DNA of 62,922 nt, counting the filler, from Bigelowiella natans CCMP2755 (Eukaryota; Protista; Cercozoa): the NCBI GenBank assembly GCA_000320545.1. It is 4 parts of 4 records of this genome, joined end to end, with 100 filler letters (N's around TTAATTAATTAA, not from the genome) between each part and the next. Parts side by side here need not be neighbours in the genome. Positions count along the whole stretch, not along the records: positions 13,919 to 44,099 come from ADNK01003191.1; 3 more parts are not named here. One strand, 5' to 3'. Numbering within the stretch: position 1 is the stretch's first letter; each line of letters starts with the position of its first letter. Shown one piece after another: positions 25,569-38,762 of the stretch. A model generated the notes under the pieces. The model was not told where the DNA came from and did no database searches. It saw only the letters and a list, made by a program, of their open reading frames with translations. A program made the translations under genes and the position numbers.

Positions 25569-26305
25569 CTAGGAGCTACATATGCGCATAATCGCAGAAA
25601 CAAACAAAACTCAATGCTAGCACTGTAGCCGCTCTATTGCACATCTGTACGTGCACGCATTACTAAATTAGTTGATCATTGAAAAAACATAGTAACGTAA
25701 TTGTTTTATATTGCATACATCTCACAAGTTCTCATGCGCATATGTCATAGTACGTCTGTACTTTGCGCATAATGTTTATTTTGTGGCGGCTCCTGGCTGT
25801 CTAGTGACTAGGTGACACTAAATGTGTGCGGCGACGAGAGCGTGCATGCCTGCTGTAGTGCGATGACGTCTGCAATTACGTTCTAGCGTTCCCACATAAA
25901 CGACACAACTGACAATGACAGCGCAAAGAACAAACGAGTGTACGCTAAGTGTCGAAAAGTGTTTCATGTGAGACTTAAGATATAGCTCAATTGGTCTACA
26001 TTTAGCTAGACAGCATCTACTAGTCTAGAATGGATATGCACTAGCATTTTAGTAATTAGTATCCAGCGGTTAGAGCGCCTTACTTAAGAAAACAACATGC
26101 TGGTTTTGTGATTTATTAGTCATTCCCAGGCGCGATGTGCATCCCGTCATATACACGACCATTACTCACTGGCACGCACATGTACCATGCTACATACAGA
26201 AATGATATAACTAGCTAGGGCACTCGCGATAACGCATCATATGATCAGTTCAGTCATGCTCGTGGTACTTCTAGTGTTTAATTTTTTAGCAATGTGGTCT
26301 TGCGG

Positions 26306-27518
26306 TCATTCGGTCAACACAGAATTTCCTGCCGCCTTGCGCATCCTATTCGCTAGGGCGGCCCCAATACCGCTGCTACCGAGGAGGGGAGCATATATTA
26401 TTTCCACCTCCGTTTGGTCGAAAGCTCGCAAAGCACCGTACAGCTTACGCGAAGCCGTTTCAAGGTCTTTGTCGTCCCGAGCCAAAGTCTCTACATGGTC
26501 AGCGCCGTCTATCTTCAAATCCTCCGTGATCAGCACGCCTACTTTCTTCTTTTCGGCTCTGGCATCCTTGACGGTTTTCTCAAAAAAATCCTTGGAACCC
26601 TGAATGAGGACGAAGGGCGCGTTTGGCGCATAATGGGTGTACAGCATGCCGGGGGATTTCGGTTTCAGTGCTTTCTCCTCCCCCTTCAACCCCGGGTCAA
26701 CGGAGACGTTTTTCTCCCCTACGGCATCCTTCAGCATCTCGATGGTTACGCCCCCTGGACGCAAGATCACAACTCTCTGGCTCTCGTCAATTTTTCCCTG
26801 CTCTTCAGCTGCTGCAGCTTCCGAACAGTCTACTACTGTAGACTCAAGCCCTATCCCTGTGCCCCCACCGTCTACAACGCCTGATATCTTGGTGCTCAAG
26901 TCTTCCACTACGTGTGCCGCAGCTGTCGGGCTGGGCTTCCCTGATTTGTTTGCGCTAGGAGCTGCAATGGGCAACTGAGCGCCAGCAATGATGGCTCTTG
27001 CAATTGGGTGCGATGGCATTCGCACACCTACAGTCTGCATGCCGCAGGTTACGTACTTGGAAATCTTATTGCCCTCTTTCTTTATGGGGAGGACAATTGT
27101 CAGAGGCCCTGGCCAAAACTTTTGCATCAGCTTCTTCGCTACCTCCGGAACGCGCTTCTCAACTAGTGAAAGCACCTGTTCGTGGTCGGAGACGTGGACG
27201 ATTAGGGGGTTGTTCGATGGCCGTCCCTTCGCCCCGAAAATCTTCTGGATTGCCTCGTCCGAAAAGGCGCTCCCGCCTAGCCCATACACTGTCTCGGTTG
27301 GAAACCCGACCACCTCCCCTCCTACTCACCATACAAACGTAAAGGAATCATAAAGCGCTGAGAATAATACGAGAGGCATTTGACATGATGGCTTAACCTT
27401 TGAGGAGCTGAATGGCCTCCTTTAGTGTAGTGCGCATCTCTTCTGGCGCAGCAGCCTTGTCCACCTTCCACACTGGGCAGGGCTTTGCGTTCTTGCCCTC
27501 AGCGGTCCCTTTCTCCAT
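26306..27518 (-). CDS. SUA5: Threonylcarbamoyl-AMP synthase, two-domain Sua5 type; one intron
   Basis: Motifs VGFPTETVYGLG, AKGRPSNNPLIVH, FWPGPLT, AAPSANKSGKPSPT, GLESTVVD, ILRPG and PKSPGMLYTHYAP are present, plus the C-terminal SUA5 domain ending ALANRMRKAAG. Confidence 0.96.
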
Positions 27519-28378
27519 TCTGAACTACCCCCCCGGATCGTGAAACAGCTTATCGTACTGTGTTATGTTCCCACGGGGAGCCCTGACCGAGGGGCGCAAA
27601 TGTGAGCGAAAATTCTCGAAAATTCCGGGGAATAGCCGCATCATCTAGAGATGTCGCAGGTTGCAATCGGCATTGATTTTGGACATGTTCTCGTTCTCAA
27701 CCATCATTAGAAATCGGAGTCCGAATTTTGGGTAATTTGTGGTTCGTGTGGACACACTCGCACACTCGCATTGAAATCGCCCTCATCTCTTTCCTGTTAG
27801 ATCTAAGCAAATTTCTCTTCTTGAAAGAGATTCGCTCGGTCGATTTGCTCGGATTTGTTTGCCAAAAGCGAGATGACCGACACATCCCCCTTCGGACGTC
27901 ACGCCAGTCAAACGGTTCACGACGACATCGTCGGGGTTCGGATTCGAGACCGCGCTTTTCGGTGCGTCGTCGAAAAAGTGTGTTGTCTTCTCGGGAAATA
28001 GCTCGGCATTCATCCGCGCAGATTGGATCGAACAGCACGAAATGAATCTGAAATTTTTCGTTCGAACCTCGGTATTCGCAGCAATTCAGCTGACAAATAA
28101 TAAGCGAAAGTTAAGTCTCGCAAAATCTGGATGTCCAAACGATCTGTTTTCCTTCGAAATAGCTCAGAATAGCGTGTCTTCAGGTAAAAACCCCGAGTAT
28201 TCTTCTAGATATCGGGAAGACATCTATTGTCATTGTGTCCCAAGAAACTTGAATTCATCCATCCAGAGCAAAAGGTGCTTAAAGATTTGGTCCTCCCCCC
28301 AACTCGCAGTCGTCTGGTGATTTTGCGGCGCAACATCCGGCACACTTTCCAAAAGCACCACGTGTCCTTCACTTTCAC

Positions 28379-29859
28379 ATGACAATGGTGTCCAAACTGT
28401 GCATACCCCTCGCGTTTTTGTCGATCCTTGTGTCTGCATCTTGGTCTGTTGAGCAAACGGAGGAGTCCGGAATGCCTTCGCTCCTCTCAACAAACGGCCA
28501 GCTGCCGGTAAGAAACACGCCATCTTGCTCGTTTGTTTCCCATCGTTCACTGATAGATTAAAATGCAGGAGAAACCAATATCAGTCCATAACATCTTCGC
28601 CGCACCTCACAGCTCTAACTCCCCGGGCTATTCCTTGTAAGTACACATAAAGAGAGTTTGTGACAATCCAGTCACGATTCCCAAATGATATTGAAGTGAT
28701 CTTGTCTACTACGATATAATAACGTTGATTTTTACAGGGTCCATGCTACGCACAAATCTCTTGGCATCTACGTTGTCACGCTTCCTCGTCGTGCACGCCA
28801 CGTACACGACTTTCTCCTTGAGGCTGGGTTGAGTGCGGTTAGCACCATTTCCCCTGCCGTCCTTGCCCGAAGCTTCCGCATGGTCGACCTTCTGGCTGAG
28901 GGAAAGGTGCGTGGGGTATTCAAAATAATGATTGTGAAATCATGCTGCGTAGTCGGCACTACTCTTCACAAGAATTAGAATGGCTTTTACAATTTAAGCA
29001 TTTTGGTGCAGATTCACCCGGGGGCCTCGGTGCATAGAGAAGAGGTGGCATGCACTTTGTCCCATCGTGAATGCATGGCAAAGTTTCTGGCAAATAGTGA
29101 GCTTACCCATGCGGCGATCTTCGAGGACGATGTCATATTCAACCCCAGGATCCTTCATAACATTACGACGCTGAAGAGCAAATTCCTGCGCGATGCTGCT
29201 TCTAAAGGTGAGAGAAAGAGATAACTTAACAAGCGGCCGATCATGTGCGAGCAAGCATCTTTTTCAAGCTAGTTCACTTTCCAGCAGGTCTTTCATTTAA
29301 TATAGAATAACTCCTCACCGATTAATTTGCAGGAGCCGTGACGCCTTCATCACTGCCTTCATTGCTCTCATCTCCACCATTGACTTCTACTTCTGATTCC
29401 CCATCCTTCATCCTGGAGGTGCTGCGAAGGCTGGCAGATACCTCTGAGAGTGCAGGCTGGGATGGACTCAACATGGGCCGGTGCCTCGACAGTTGTGGAC
29501 ATTCAGAGCTCGCAGCATCCAAAGTCGCGTTCGGCCTCGTCGACATCGAGAAGAGTTGCTTCTCCCTATGCACGCACTCCTACATTCTAACCAGGAAAGG
29601 CGCATCCATTCTGCACAACTACACACTTCCTGTGCGCGACGCTGAGGACAGAATCCGGGTGGTTCTCAACTACAAGGGGCTATTCAACTACTACTCAACC
29701 GCACCCGCGATCTTCTCTCAGATGGCCCCTGATGAGCAGGCAATCCATGCTGCAGGCCACCTCGAGGAAGGTCTCCCTGAGTGTGCGAACTACAGTGCGG
29801 CGACGGTTTGCCCCGAAAATGTTCGGAGGTGGGCAGCTGCGGCCACATCCCTTACGTAA
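28379..29859 (+). CDS. Glycosyltransferase family 25-like protein with a signal peptide or anchor; multi-exon
   Basis: It has a hydrophobic N-terminus and the motifs IYVVTLPRR, EEVACTLSH, IFEDD, WDGLNMGRC and CTHSYILTRKGA. Confidence 0.8.
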
Positions 29860-30519
29860 AGCTAGGGCAGAAGGCCGGGCAAGTACCATGAGGGTCATCA
29901 AATGTGTGCTTTTGGAAGCAAGCTCGTCTGTTAGAGCAGCATCCTTTGCATGCCGTGCGTGTTCTACTGCGCCGTCTCTCGTTGTTGCTCATCGGAGCAA
30001 CCCCATGCGAATGCGTATTGTTAGCTCTAATCCTATGCAATAACAAGTGCCTTTGCTTTGTTCGAATTTTTTTTGTCTATTCTCTAGTCGCCTTTTTTTG
30101 GTTTGATTTTTGTTTGTGTATTCTTTAGTCAGCTAGCTTGAGTGAAATCAATAAATGTATTACGATACCAAATATGCACAAGGCCGTACCCCAGTCAAAC
30201 AAGTGAAGTCTATGATGCCATCCATCGCATGATGTTGCATGTCGTACGCTGATCCGCACTACAAGATACGCTTGTTTACGCTAGCATGCAAATGGCCGCA
30301 TACAATGACAATGGAATCATAAATAACACTGCATGTTTATCATAATCGCATTAGCGCAGTCTGCTGCTGCATTGTACATGTAACATGAGTTAACGCAGTG
30401 CATGCGCCCACTGCTTAAGCACCAGGCGCAACATACATCGCAAATGATAGCATTGCACGGCGAGACGAACACAATGCGTCGTTGTCCGTTTTGCAATGAT
30501 CGATGAAAACGCAGTGAAG

Positions 30520-31245
30520 TTATCTCATTTGGCGCGTCGGTTGTGGTAGTAACTGCATCTCAAGAATGAGGAAAAACTGTGCCATTGCCGCAATACTGCA
30601 GAAGCAACACCACAGAGAAAACGCCGAGCAAAACCTATGAGTTGGCGCCTTGCAATGTTTTGGATAACCGCCTTGAGTAACAGACATTTTGTGCAGAAAG
30701 ACAAAACACAAACACACACACACGCACGCACGCACGCAAACACATACACACAAGAGGCATGTGCCGTTAGTAATTTATCAATTATTTCTCCACATCAAAA
30801 AGCCAATCACCTCTCCAGAGACTCGCACATCGCGACGTAGTCTGCCTTGGGAAATTGAGGCCGTGGCCTGCACACAGTGAAACACACCAGACGTAAATAA
30901 ATACAAGCGTATTACCGTGCGCGCTACTAGCCATGCCGGCAACCCTCTCTCCACAGCTGGCAGCAAACCTCTCCGCCCCACCACGCAGTTCCCACCTCTG
31001 GTGCCGAATCTGCATCTCCTTCTTAATCCCCTCCTATTCAAGATTGGTGAGTAAGGGTTATTAGGAGGGGCCACAACGTCTAATTTGCCGTATGATGCGG
31101 ATGCGGACCTGTATTTCCGGCCTCGGCGGCATTACCAGCCTCCTTTTCACCGTCGGCGAAGAATATGGTAAGAACAGAGAATAACCGGAGGAGCGCGCAA
31201 AGGAGGGCGGGGGGAAGCAAGATTGATACATAGCGGAAAAGAGAG

Positions 31246-31288
<43 letters not shown>

Positions 31289-31688
31289 TTATGGAGAGAG
31301 ATGAGGGGGGGGGGGGGGTTGGGGGAGGAAGAGTGTGTGCATGCTCGAGTCTGTTTCCGTGCCAATAAGTAAGCAAAATCCACCCGGAAAAGATGGCCAT
31401 GGCCCAGCGCGCTTGGAGCTCAATAGCGCCCCAGAAAGGACCGCGGTACATCTGGCAAACATGTGTCAGAATACCAAACGCTCAATCTGGACGCCTTTGC
31501 ATCAGGGGGGGGTGCTCTCTCGTCTCCTCGCGAAGGTTCATCGCCCCTCTGCACTTCTCACGCGTGCTTCTTTCGTGCTGGTATTTGCAGGCTACTCACC
31601 CCAATAAACGCCATTGTCCTTGTGTCTCTTGGGAATATGGACTCGAATAAAAGCACAGGCTGACGTGTACAGTCGGGTGATGTGAATA

Positions 31689-31726
<38 letters not shown>

Positions 31727-32095
31727 GAATATGTATATAATATTTATGTATATATACTACACGTAGTAAAAACGCGATCTAACATATGGTTTTATTTTTC
31801 GCTTAGACTGAATCTTGTATCTTCTTCCTACTCAAAGAGCCCACGATATTATAATATACATATGTTAATGATATGCATGAACTTCGGCGTGGGTAAATAG
31901 CCGTTTCTCTAAATAAACCTGTAGCAGATCTTGAGGGTCGTACTGAATCTCGTTCTTTATCTCCTCCGAGAGAAAATCAAGGGCCACATGATATCCTTGC
32001 AATGATGAACGGAAGATGTGTTTGTGTCTACATTCGCACTATCGGCTGCATTGCGAATGTGCACTTGGGGCGGTGTAATACATCGATATATGTTA

Positions 32096-32134
<39 letters not shown>

Positions 32135-32584
32135 TACACACGGAGAGAGAGGGAGGGAGAGAGAGAGGGAGAGAGAGAGAGAGGTTTACACACACAGCTG
32201 GCATTTAACTGTGCACTTTGAAAGGAGAATCTGCGTTATATGGATGCAACACCTGTCGCACAGATGATCCTATCAAAGCGTATCTCCTCCTCCCCCCCCC
32301 TGCTTTCCTCTCGGCGCTGCTCGCCAGATTTCGAGTCTCTCCCATCGTAAGAGAAGACTGCGGTTTTATCGGTCGTGACCCTTTGAAGGCCTTTTCTCAC
32401 CTCCACTAAGCTAAGGGCAGGGTGGATGTGGGGGGGGGGCGGGGGTTCGTGAGGAGGAAGGGGGGGTGTACCGAATGCAAGGAAGGACTTATGGCGCAGC
32501 GTAAGCAATTTGCGCAGAATGTGTGTGCGTCTGAGTCTGTGTCTCTAGCTCTCTCTCTGTGTGTGTGTTAGAAAGACACACACA

Positions 32585-32636
<52 letters not shown>

Positions 32637-34653
32637 GCGTGGGTGCGTTAGATATCATCGCCTTACCCACGTGCCACGCAGTCAAGATAGTTCTGAGAGG
32701 AGACAGAGCAGGAAACAAGTGAAAATATCTCCTTCGATGTGTCTTTCAGGGCACCATCCATCAGCACGAGGTGCGCTATACTACTACTGGTAGCGGTGTA
32801 TTATTAACCGCACCGAGATACCTCTGATATGCACACAAAAGCAATGTCTCTTTCCGCGTCTATACGCAGCGCCTCATGTACATCGCCTGATGGTGATTGT
32901 GAAGAAGAGGAAGAAGAAGAAGAAGATAATGGTAAATCATTCAAACGACGATGATATTCGTGAATGACGATGGGAGCTCCGTAAAAGAGCAGCGGCAGGA
33001 TATAAAGGCAATCGAATGAAAGCCTCTTCGGCGCCATCACGAGCGCGCAGAAGCGACCCTTACAAGCATCTGTTCCGCATGCGCGTGGTATACTTTCGTT
33101 CAATACGCTTTGCGTTTTTGGCAGCATCGTAGCCAACAAAAACAGCAAGAACAAGAGCAGCAGCAATGCCTTCATCCTAACAAACCTTCTACATCTTCTG
33201 ACAACAGCACCTGGATTTCCACCGGAAAGCTTCTCAAGAATCGTGTGTTTCTTCCTCCGTCGCATCTTCTCCTCCTCCTTTTCCTCCCCAGCCCCCTCTT
33301 CTGAACTACGATTATGATTAGTACCTTGATTCACCCCTTCTCTCGATCTGTCCGGCGCTGCGTCCGCCTTCTTCTTCTTGGTGCGGTCGTAGAATAGCTT
33401 GTCCAGCGGTATTGTGGAGGGGGGGGGCGAGGGACACGGCACCATCCTGCGTTTTTTTGGTATTCTTTGTGGATATGAAATTGCTATATTTATAAAATCA
33501 CGGCGTGATCTTGTGATGGATCACATCGCCGCAGTTACTTTCCTGTGCTCTCCCCCTCCCTTGCCACCCTCCCGGCCTTCTCTTCATATTTCTACTCATC
33601 ACGACGACAGCGGCGAGAAATGCAACTACACTACCAACCTCTTGAGGAAGTATTGGGGTCTCCGGACAGCATTAACAACTCGATGGCCATGCCTTTAGCC
33701 GGCCCCAAAAGGGCATCCCCAAGAGGAGTGCATAGAAGGGAGGCCCTTGGGGGGGGGGGGAGAGTGGACAGCATATATGTGATGGAATTGTGAGGATATC
33801 AGCGAGAGATAACGGTGAGTCTCTCCGCTGTTTTCTCCAAATAGCCCTTGGAGCTGTCGCATGATACGTACATATTCATCTTCTCTCTTTCTCTCGTTCT
33901 CTCTCGTTCTCTCTTTCCCTTCTCCTCTTATTCTCACAGAAATTCGTTTTGTTACATGGCCAGCTCCGCGCTGATATCCGCCCCACTGAAGCCATTCCCT
34001 ATGACAAGAATATGCTGCCTCTTCTGTTTGTCAGTAGCAACGGCCCCAAATATGCCATCCTCCTCCTCCACCACCTCTTCCTCCTCCTTCTTCTTCATCT
34101 TCTCTTCGGATGCTTCGTATCTCTGCTTCCCCCCCACGTCTCCGCCGGCGAAATTCGTCGGGTTGCGATATCTACGGGGGTATATGGAATGAAGGGGGGG
34201 GGGGGGGGGGGAGAAAGGAATGAAGGGATCCTAACTCAAAACGGAAAATCGCACGCATATATGAAGTAGACGTACGTCGCAGCGTGGGTGATAGTCCGCG
34301 GATTGGCCTCCATACACCTTTTGAGGCCGGGTAGGGAGTCTAAGGGAAACTTCGGCCTGGAGAAGATCCCGCTTGTCGTTGCGACAAAATCAAAGAGATA
34401 TGAGCGGGCGCGGCTCGCAGACTCTCGTGATAAGGCGGAGGACGAGAATGGAGAGCAGCTCTTCTTCGCACGTGTCAGGACGCGTACGACCCTAGGAGGC
34501 AAAAGGGCGTTGCAGTAGTAAGGCTTCAACATGGCACCTACCGTTCTGACGATGTCAGCATGCACGCTAGCGAGAGAAGAAAGGATGTAGCCACGCAACA
34601 GACAGGTGATCTAACTTCCGTGTTTGGTAGATATATTTTGGGTATGAAAATTC

Positions 34654-34692
<39 letters not shown>

Positions 34693-35550
34693 TTGAAGGT
34701 CCTCGACCATTTCCCCTGGATTTGTTGTTCTGCCCCAGTCTCCGATCGCTGCTCTGCACTCCCCTCCTCTCCTTGCTCCCCAGTCTTTTGCGGCAGCGGG
34801 CGTTCCACCCTCACCACCTCTATTTTGTCATATTCGACAAAGATTAAGGAGGTATCACAGAGAACGAGTGTGTGGAAGGGCAGCTGGGATGATGGAGAAG
34901 ACGCGACCTGTGTTGAGATGCAAACGGTCCTTAATGTACGAGTGCTTCGCCATGTACCGATGAAGATACTCATGAACCTGTCAGTGTAGGAAAATGTTGT
35001 TGACGGAAAGGGAGAGAAAGTAGTAGGACATTACAGAGAAATGCGAAGGAGAACGAATACGACGACGGCGGACAAGCGATTTAATGATCACGACCTTTTT
35101 CGCGGAGGGGAACAGATCGCTACACCCCTCCCCCGCATCGTCTTCAACGTCACCCCAAGCAAAATCGGAGAATCGACAGGTGTGCCGCGAAATGTTAGTC
35201 ATCAAACTATCCCAAACCTTGATTGGTAGTAACATCAAGTAAACCGAAGGAGGGCGGGGAGAAAGGGGTGTTGGTACTGGTTGGAAGTAGCATTCGTGCG
35301 TGCTCGCGTATGTGTGTGAGTGTGGTTGCTTATTTGTCACGTACAAGTCCAGTATTTGGGCGCCACAGCCCCCCAATATCTTCCGCCTTCTCGAACACGG
35401 TCGGGAGTAATCCAGCCTCCCACGCCTCCTTCGCCTTGAGAAGAATACGACGTTCAGATTTATCAAACCATATTCATCCGAAAGGACTATGCACACGATA
35501 CAATTGTAAAGCGGGAAGATGGCTAGCTATGGCGGCCTGTATGTGTGTGG

Positions 35551-35595
<45 letters not shown>

Positions 35596-35915
35596 TGTGT
35601 GTGTGTGTGTGTGTGAGTGTGTCGCGTGTGTGTGGAGCACACTACTACCGCTACTAGGCCGCTTGGCCCAGCTCCTATGATAGCAATCTAGTATGACACG
35701 AAGATTAAAAATGAGATCAATTGCTCACATCAAAAATTTGCGGTCATTTAGCAAACATCTGAATGATTCAATGTTGAGATAACCGTCTTTCTGCCCACTC
35801 CCCTCCTATTTCTGGCCTCTTCAGTGGCCCGATTGCGGACGACAAGAAGGCGGTAGAGGGCAAAAAGCGACGTGAGCACACTTCCAGCCCAAACAGCTCC
35901 ATCAGCGAGGCTCAT
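30520..35915 (-). CDS. Flavin-containing monooxygenase (class B) with an N-terminal membrane anchor; many microsatellite-rich introns
   Basis: Exons encode IAIIGAGPSGLVA, VFEKAEDIGGLW, VWDSLMTNISRHTCRFSDF, TSGIFSRPKFP...HAATY, ILVIGNGFSGADISAEL, FDRIICATG and GAIELQARWAMAIFSG. The 3' end is approximate. Confidence 0.88.
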
Positions 35916-36255
35916 TATTCCAGGGCAGTGTTCACGCCACGTTGTTTCCCCCCCCCTGCTGTACGCTTCAGCTCGGAAGCCGAAGGCTGATCTCCGGATT
36001 CTTGGTAAACCCGAATTCGCGATGGGAGTGAAAACGCCCCGAGTTTTTCCTTGCGACATCCAGAGAATGGAGATTTTACTAGTTTACCGATTTGTCGCGA
36101 TAGTCTGGCGTGGTGAATGTCGCACGATAAAGAAACGGGGCCGATTTGCATGTAAACACGCGCTGAGCCCTTCGTACTCGCACATTGATCCCAGGAGATT
36201 TTTCTTCCTCTTCACGAAAAGGCTGATCGAGTTGGCTGATCACCAGGAACCACAT

Positions 36256-36304
36256 AAATCCACGGAAATCTACGGAAATCCTGAAATCCTCCGAAATCCT
36301 CGGG
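36256..36304. repeat. Five AAATC(C) units at 8-10 bp spacing in a divergent promoter
   Basis: AAATC occurs at 36256, 36266, 36276, 36284 and 36294. Confidence 0.75.
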
Positions 36305-36709
36305 GCTTTCACGTAACCTGCGTGAAGAGAAACACGAGCGAAAGAACAGAGAACGAAGGTCGACTTGGGTTTTGTGTGCTACGTAGCAGCGCTCTTCGAC
36401 GTCCTCCCCAAAAGGACTGCTTTTCAGGGGTTAAATATGACTGGAGAAGACCTAGTGAAAGGCGACTATGCCTTGATCATGTCGCAGGCAATAATTGCAT
36501 CCCAATTCGAGTATGTGCGGGTGTCGCTCGCACGCTGGGCGATGCTTCAATTTTTCAGGAAGAGACATGCTGCGCCTTGCGTTGGGATTTTCGTCAGAAA
36601 ACCTGCAACTGATTCCGGTTCGCGCCACCGACACCAAAATTAGTTCGCCTAGTCACCTCACCCCACCTATTCACGCTCTAAAGCAATCTGAAGAGGCAAT
36701 TTTGCGATC

Positions 36710-37615
36710 ATGAGTAGGGATGAATCAGGGCTAAAGTGGATCTCGAACGTGGTCTCGGCAGCCTCGAGTAGCAGCAACGATGCAGCCAATTGGACGGGCT
36801 CAACTTTAAGGGCAAGCACACAAATTAATGTCCACGGAAATGTTTTCCTCGAAAGTAGGAAACAATTCTTTGGGTTTATCAATCAACCAATATCGAAGAC
36901 TGTCAAGGAAGAGATGATGATGGCAGGCTATGGATTGGGGTTGTCGCTTTTTTCCCCCGTAGCGAACTTGTACCAGCTCGCAGCACTCTATCCAAACGTA
37001 AAATCTATGCTCTGTTCTTCTCGTGGTCTGACCTTCCGCATATGCTCATCCATCTATCCGCAGCAAGTTGCTCTCCGAATTGCTCAAGTTAATCTTGGAA
37101 CCCCAGTGAAAGACCATCTTTCCCCGTGGGTTGCTTTTGGAGTCCTAGGCGTTCTTCAGGGAGCTGTGTATGGCCATGCTAATATCAATTTTGCACGTAA
37201 GTTGAAAATTGATAAGACATTGAAGCTAAGCATGATTTTCCGAGGATCGGGATTCGCAGCATTACGGGATACAATTTCCCAAGGAATACCCTTTATGCTC
37301 TCAGACGCAATTCGAACGAAATGTCTTGATCCAATATTACCCTCTAAAGACCCATTCAACAATCATGCTAAACGATGGAGCTCATTGATTTATTGTTCGA
37401 TAGTATCCACCTATCTTTCCCAAGGTTTCCATAACTGCCAAACCGCAATGCAGACTCATCCTGAATTGTCGTACGTTGGTTCTCTTAACTCTATGATGAA
37501 AACACATGGAGTCCGTTTTTTATGGAAAGGGGCAGAAGCAAGAGTTGGACTATTAGTTGTTACAAATATATTCAATGAAGTCTTTTTGAAGCCTATCTGG
37601 CATGGGAATCTCTAA
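36710..37615 (+). CDS. Divergent mitochondrial carrier (SLC25)-like protein; intronless
   Basis: The ORF is 301 aa and hydrophobic. It contains IFRGSGFAALRD, SQGFHNCQTAMQ and GVRFLWKGAEARV, which resemble carrier repeat elements, although the canonical signature is degenerate. Confidence 0.6.
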   Translation: MSRDESGLKWISNVVSAASSSSNDAANWTGSTLRASTQINVHGNVFLESRKQFFGFINQPISKTVKEEMMMAGYGLGLSLFSPVANLYQLAALYPNVKSMLCSSRGLTFRICSSIYPQQVALRIAQVNLGTPVKDHLSPWVAFGVLGVLQGAVYGHANINFARKLKIDKTLKLSMIFRGSGFAALRDTISQGIPFMLSDAIRTKCLDPILPSKDPFNNHAKRWSSLIYCSIVSTYLSQGFHNCQTAMQTHPELSYVGSLNSMMKTHGVRFLWKGAEARVGLLVVTNIFNEVFLKPIWHGNL

Positions 37616-38762
37616 TCAGAAGATACTGCAATTCCACAACTTAACGATCAATGTCTACACATGTTCTAATATATCTAGAAAGTGTAAAGAGATTTGCCCT
37701 TCAGGACATCTGTGGAAAATGGATCAGGAGATGAGACCATAGCTGGAAGCAAATCATTAATGCGTTTACAGACTGCAGACCCTTCTCTCGGTTCGGAGTG
37801 CACAAGCAACAACGGCCTCGAAAAGAGGGAAGACGAGTTGGACGTGGATTTCATTGTGACCAGTCTATCAGTATTCACTGATTGTCGTCATTTCTGTTAA
37901 AAAACATTGCTCAATGCAACAGAACTTGCACATGAACATTGCTGCTTTTCAAAAACAGCAGCTTGGACTGACGTTTGATGCATGGTCCTCAAATCTGCAT
38001 GAACGCGCCACATGCTGAACTTGATGAGTACACGTGTCGGTTTTTGGAGCTGCAGGAATCATCATCACTGCGACTGTTGCAAGATGACACAACGCACTCA
38101 GTCGATGCGGGTTTGAGCCACGCTCGTGAGACCGTGAATGAGGTCACGCACAAGCTAGCAAGGCCGACACACGTGCGATGTCTCTGCAAATGAAACACCG
38201 CAAAAAGCATGCATCCATGTACCAAGCTGAGCGGTGTGGTGTGCACGCAGCAGCAGCATTGCACAGATTCGGATGTTCCTCCATTGGGGGGTCGTCGCAC
38301 ATGAAAAAATGTCAAAAAAGTATGATGTCGCTCGTGCAGAAAGTTTACTGTTCTTTTCATGTTTTTTTCTCCTTTTTGACGTCTCAATCATCAAAGGAAC
38401 CAGATGTAGCATGTCGCACGAGAGAAATGACCATCGTTTTCACACTTGTGCCAGAACTACGAGTACCAATGGCATAAAGAAGAAGCCGAAAACTAAGATT
38501 AGAGAGCACTTCCATTTGTGGGAAAGCTTTGCATTTTTTTTCTAAGATGTGAGTGACAGCCGGCATTGAATTAGAAAACAAGGAGATTTTTCTATTTCTA
38601 TTTTTATAGGCGATTGTGGATTTCTGACAAAGTTCTTCGAGGCGCAAAGTACGCTTTCATTCCGTCCCTTGCGTTGAACGCTCGCCCGGGGGCTCATCAC
38701 GTTTGAGCACGGTTGGGTTAAGCGGCGGAAACTAGATTTCATTTTCAGCGGATTTTCGAATC

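Noticed and set aside
25983-26090. tRNA-like words TAGCTCAATTGGT and GCGGTTAGAGCGCC
   Set aside because: There is no T-arm/B-box or acceptor stem, and no cloverleaf can be formed.
35872-36612. 246-aa plus-strand ORF in the FMO/carrier divergent region
   Set aside because: It has a non-ATG start, overlaps the FMO start antisense, has no recognisable domain and shows promoter-like composition.
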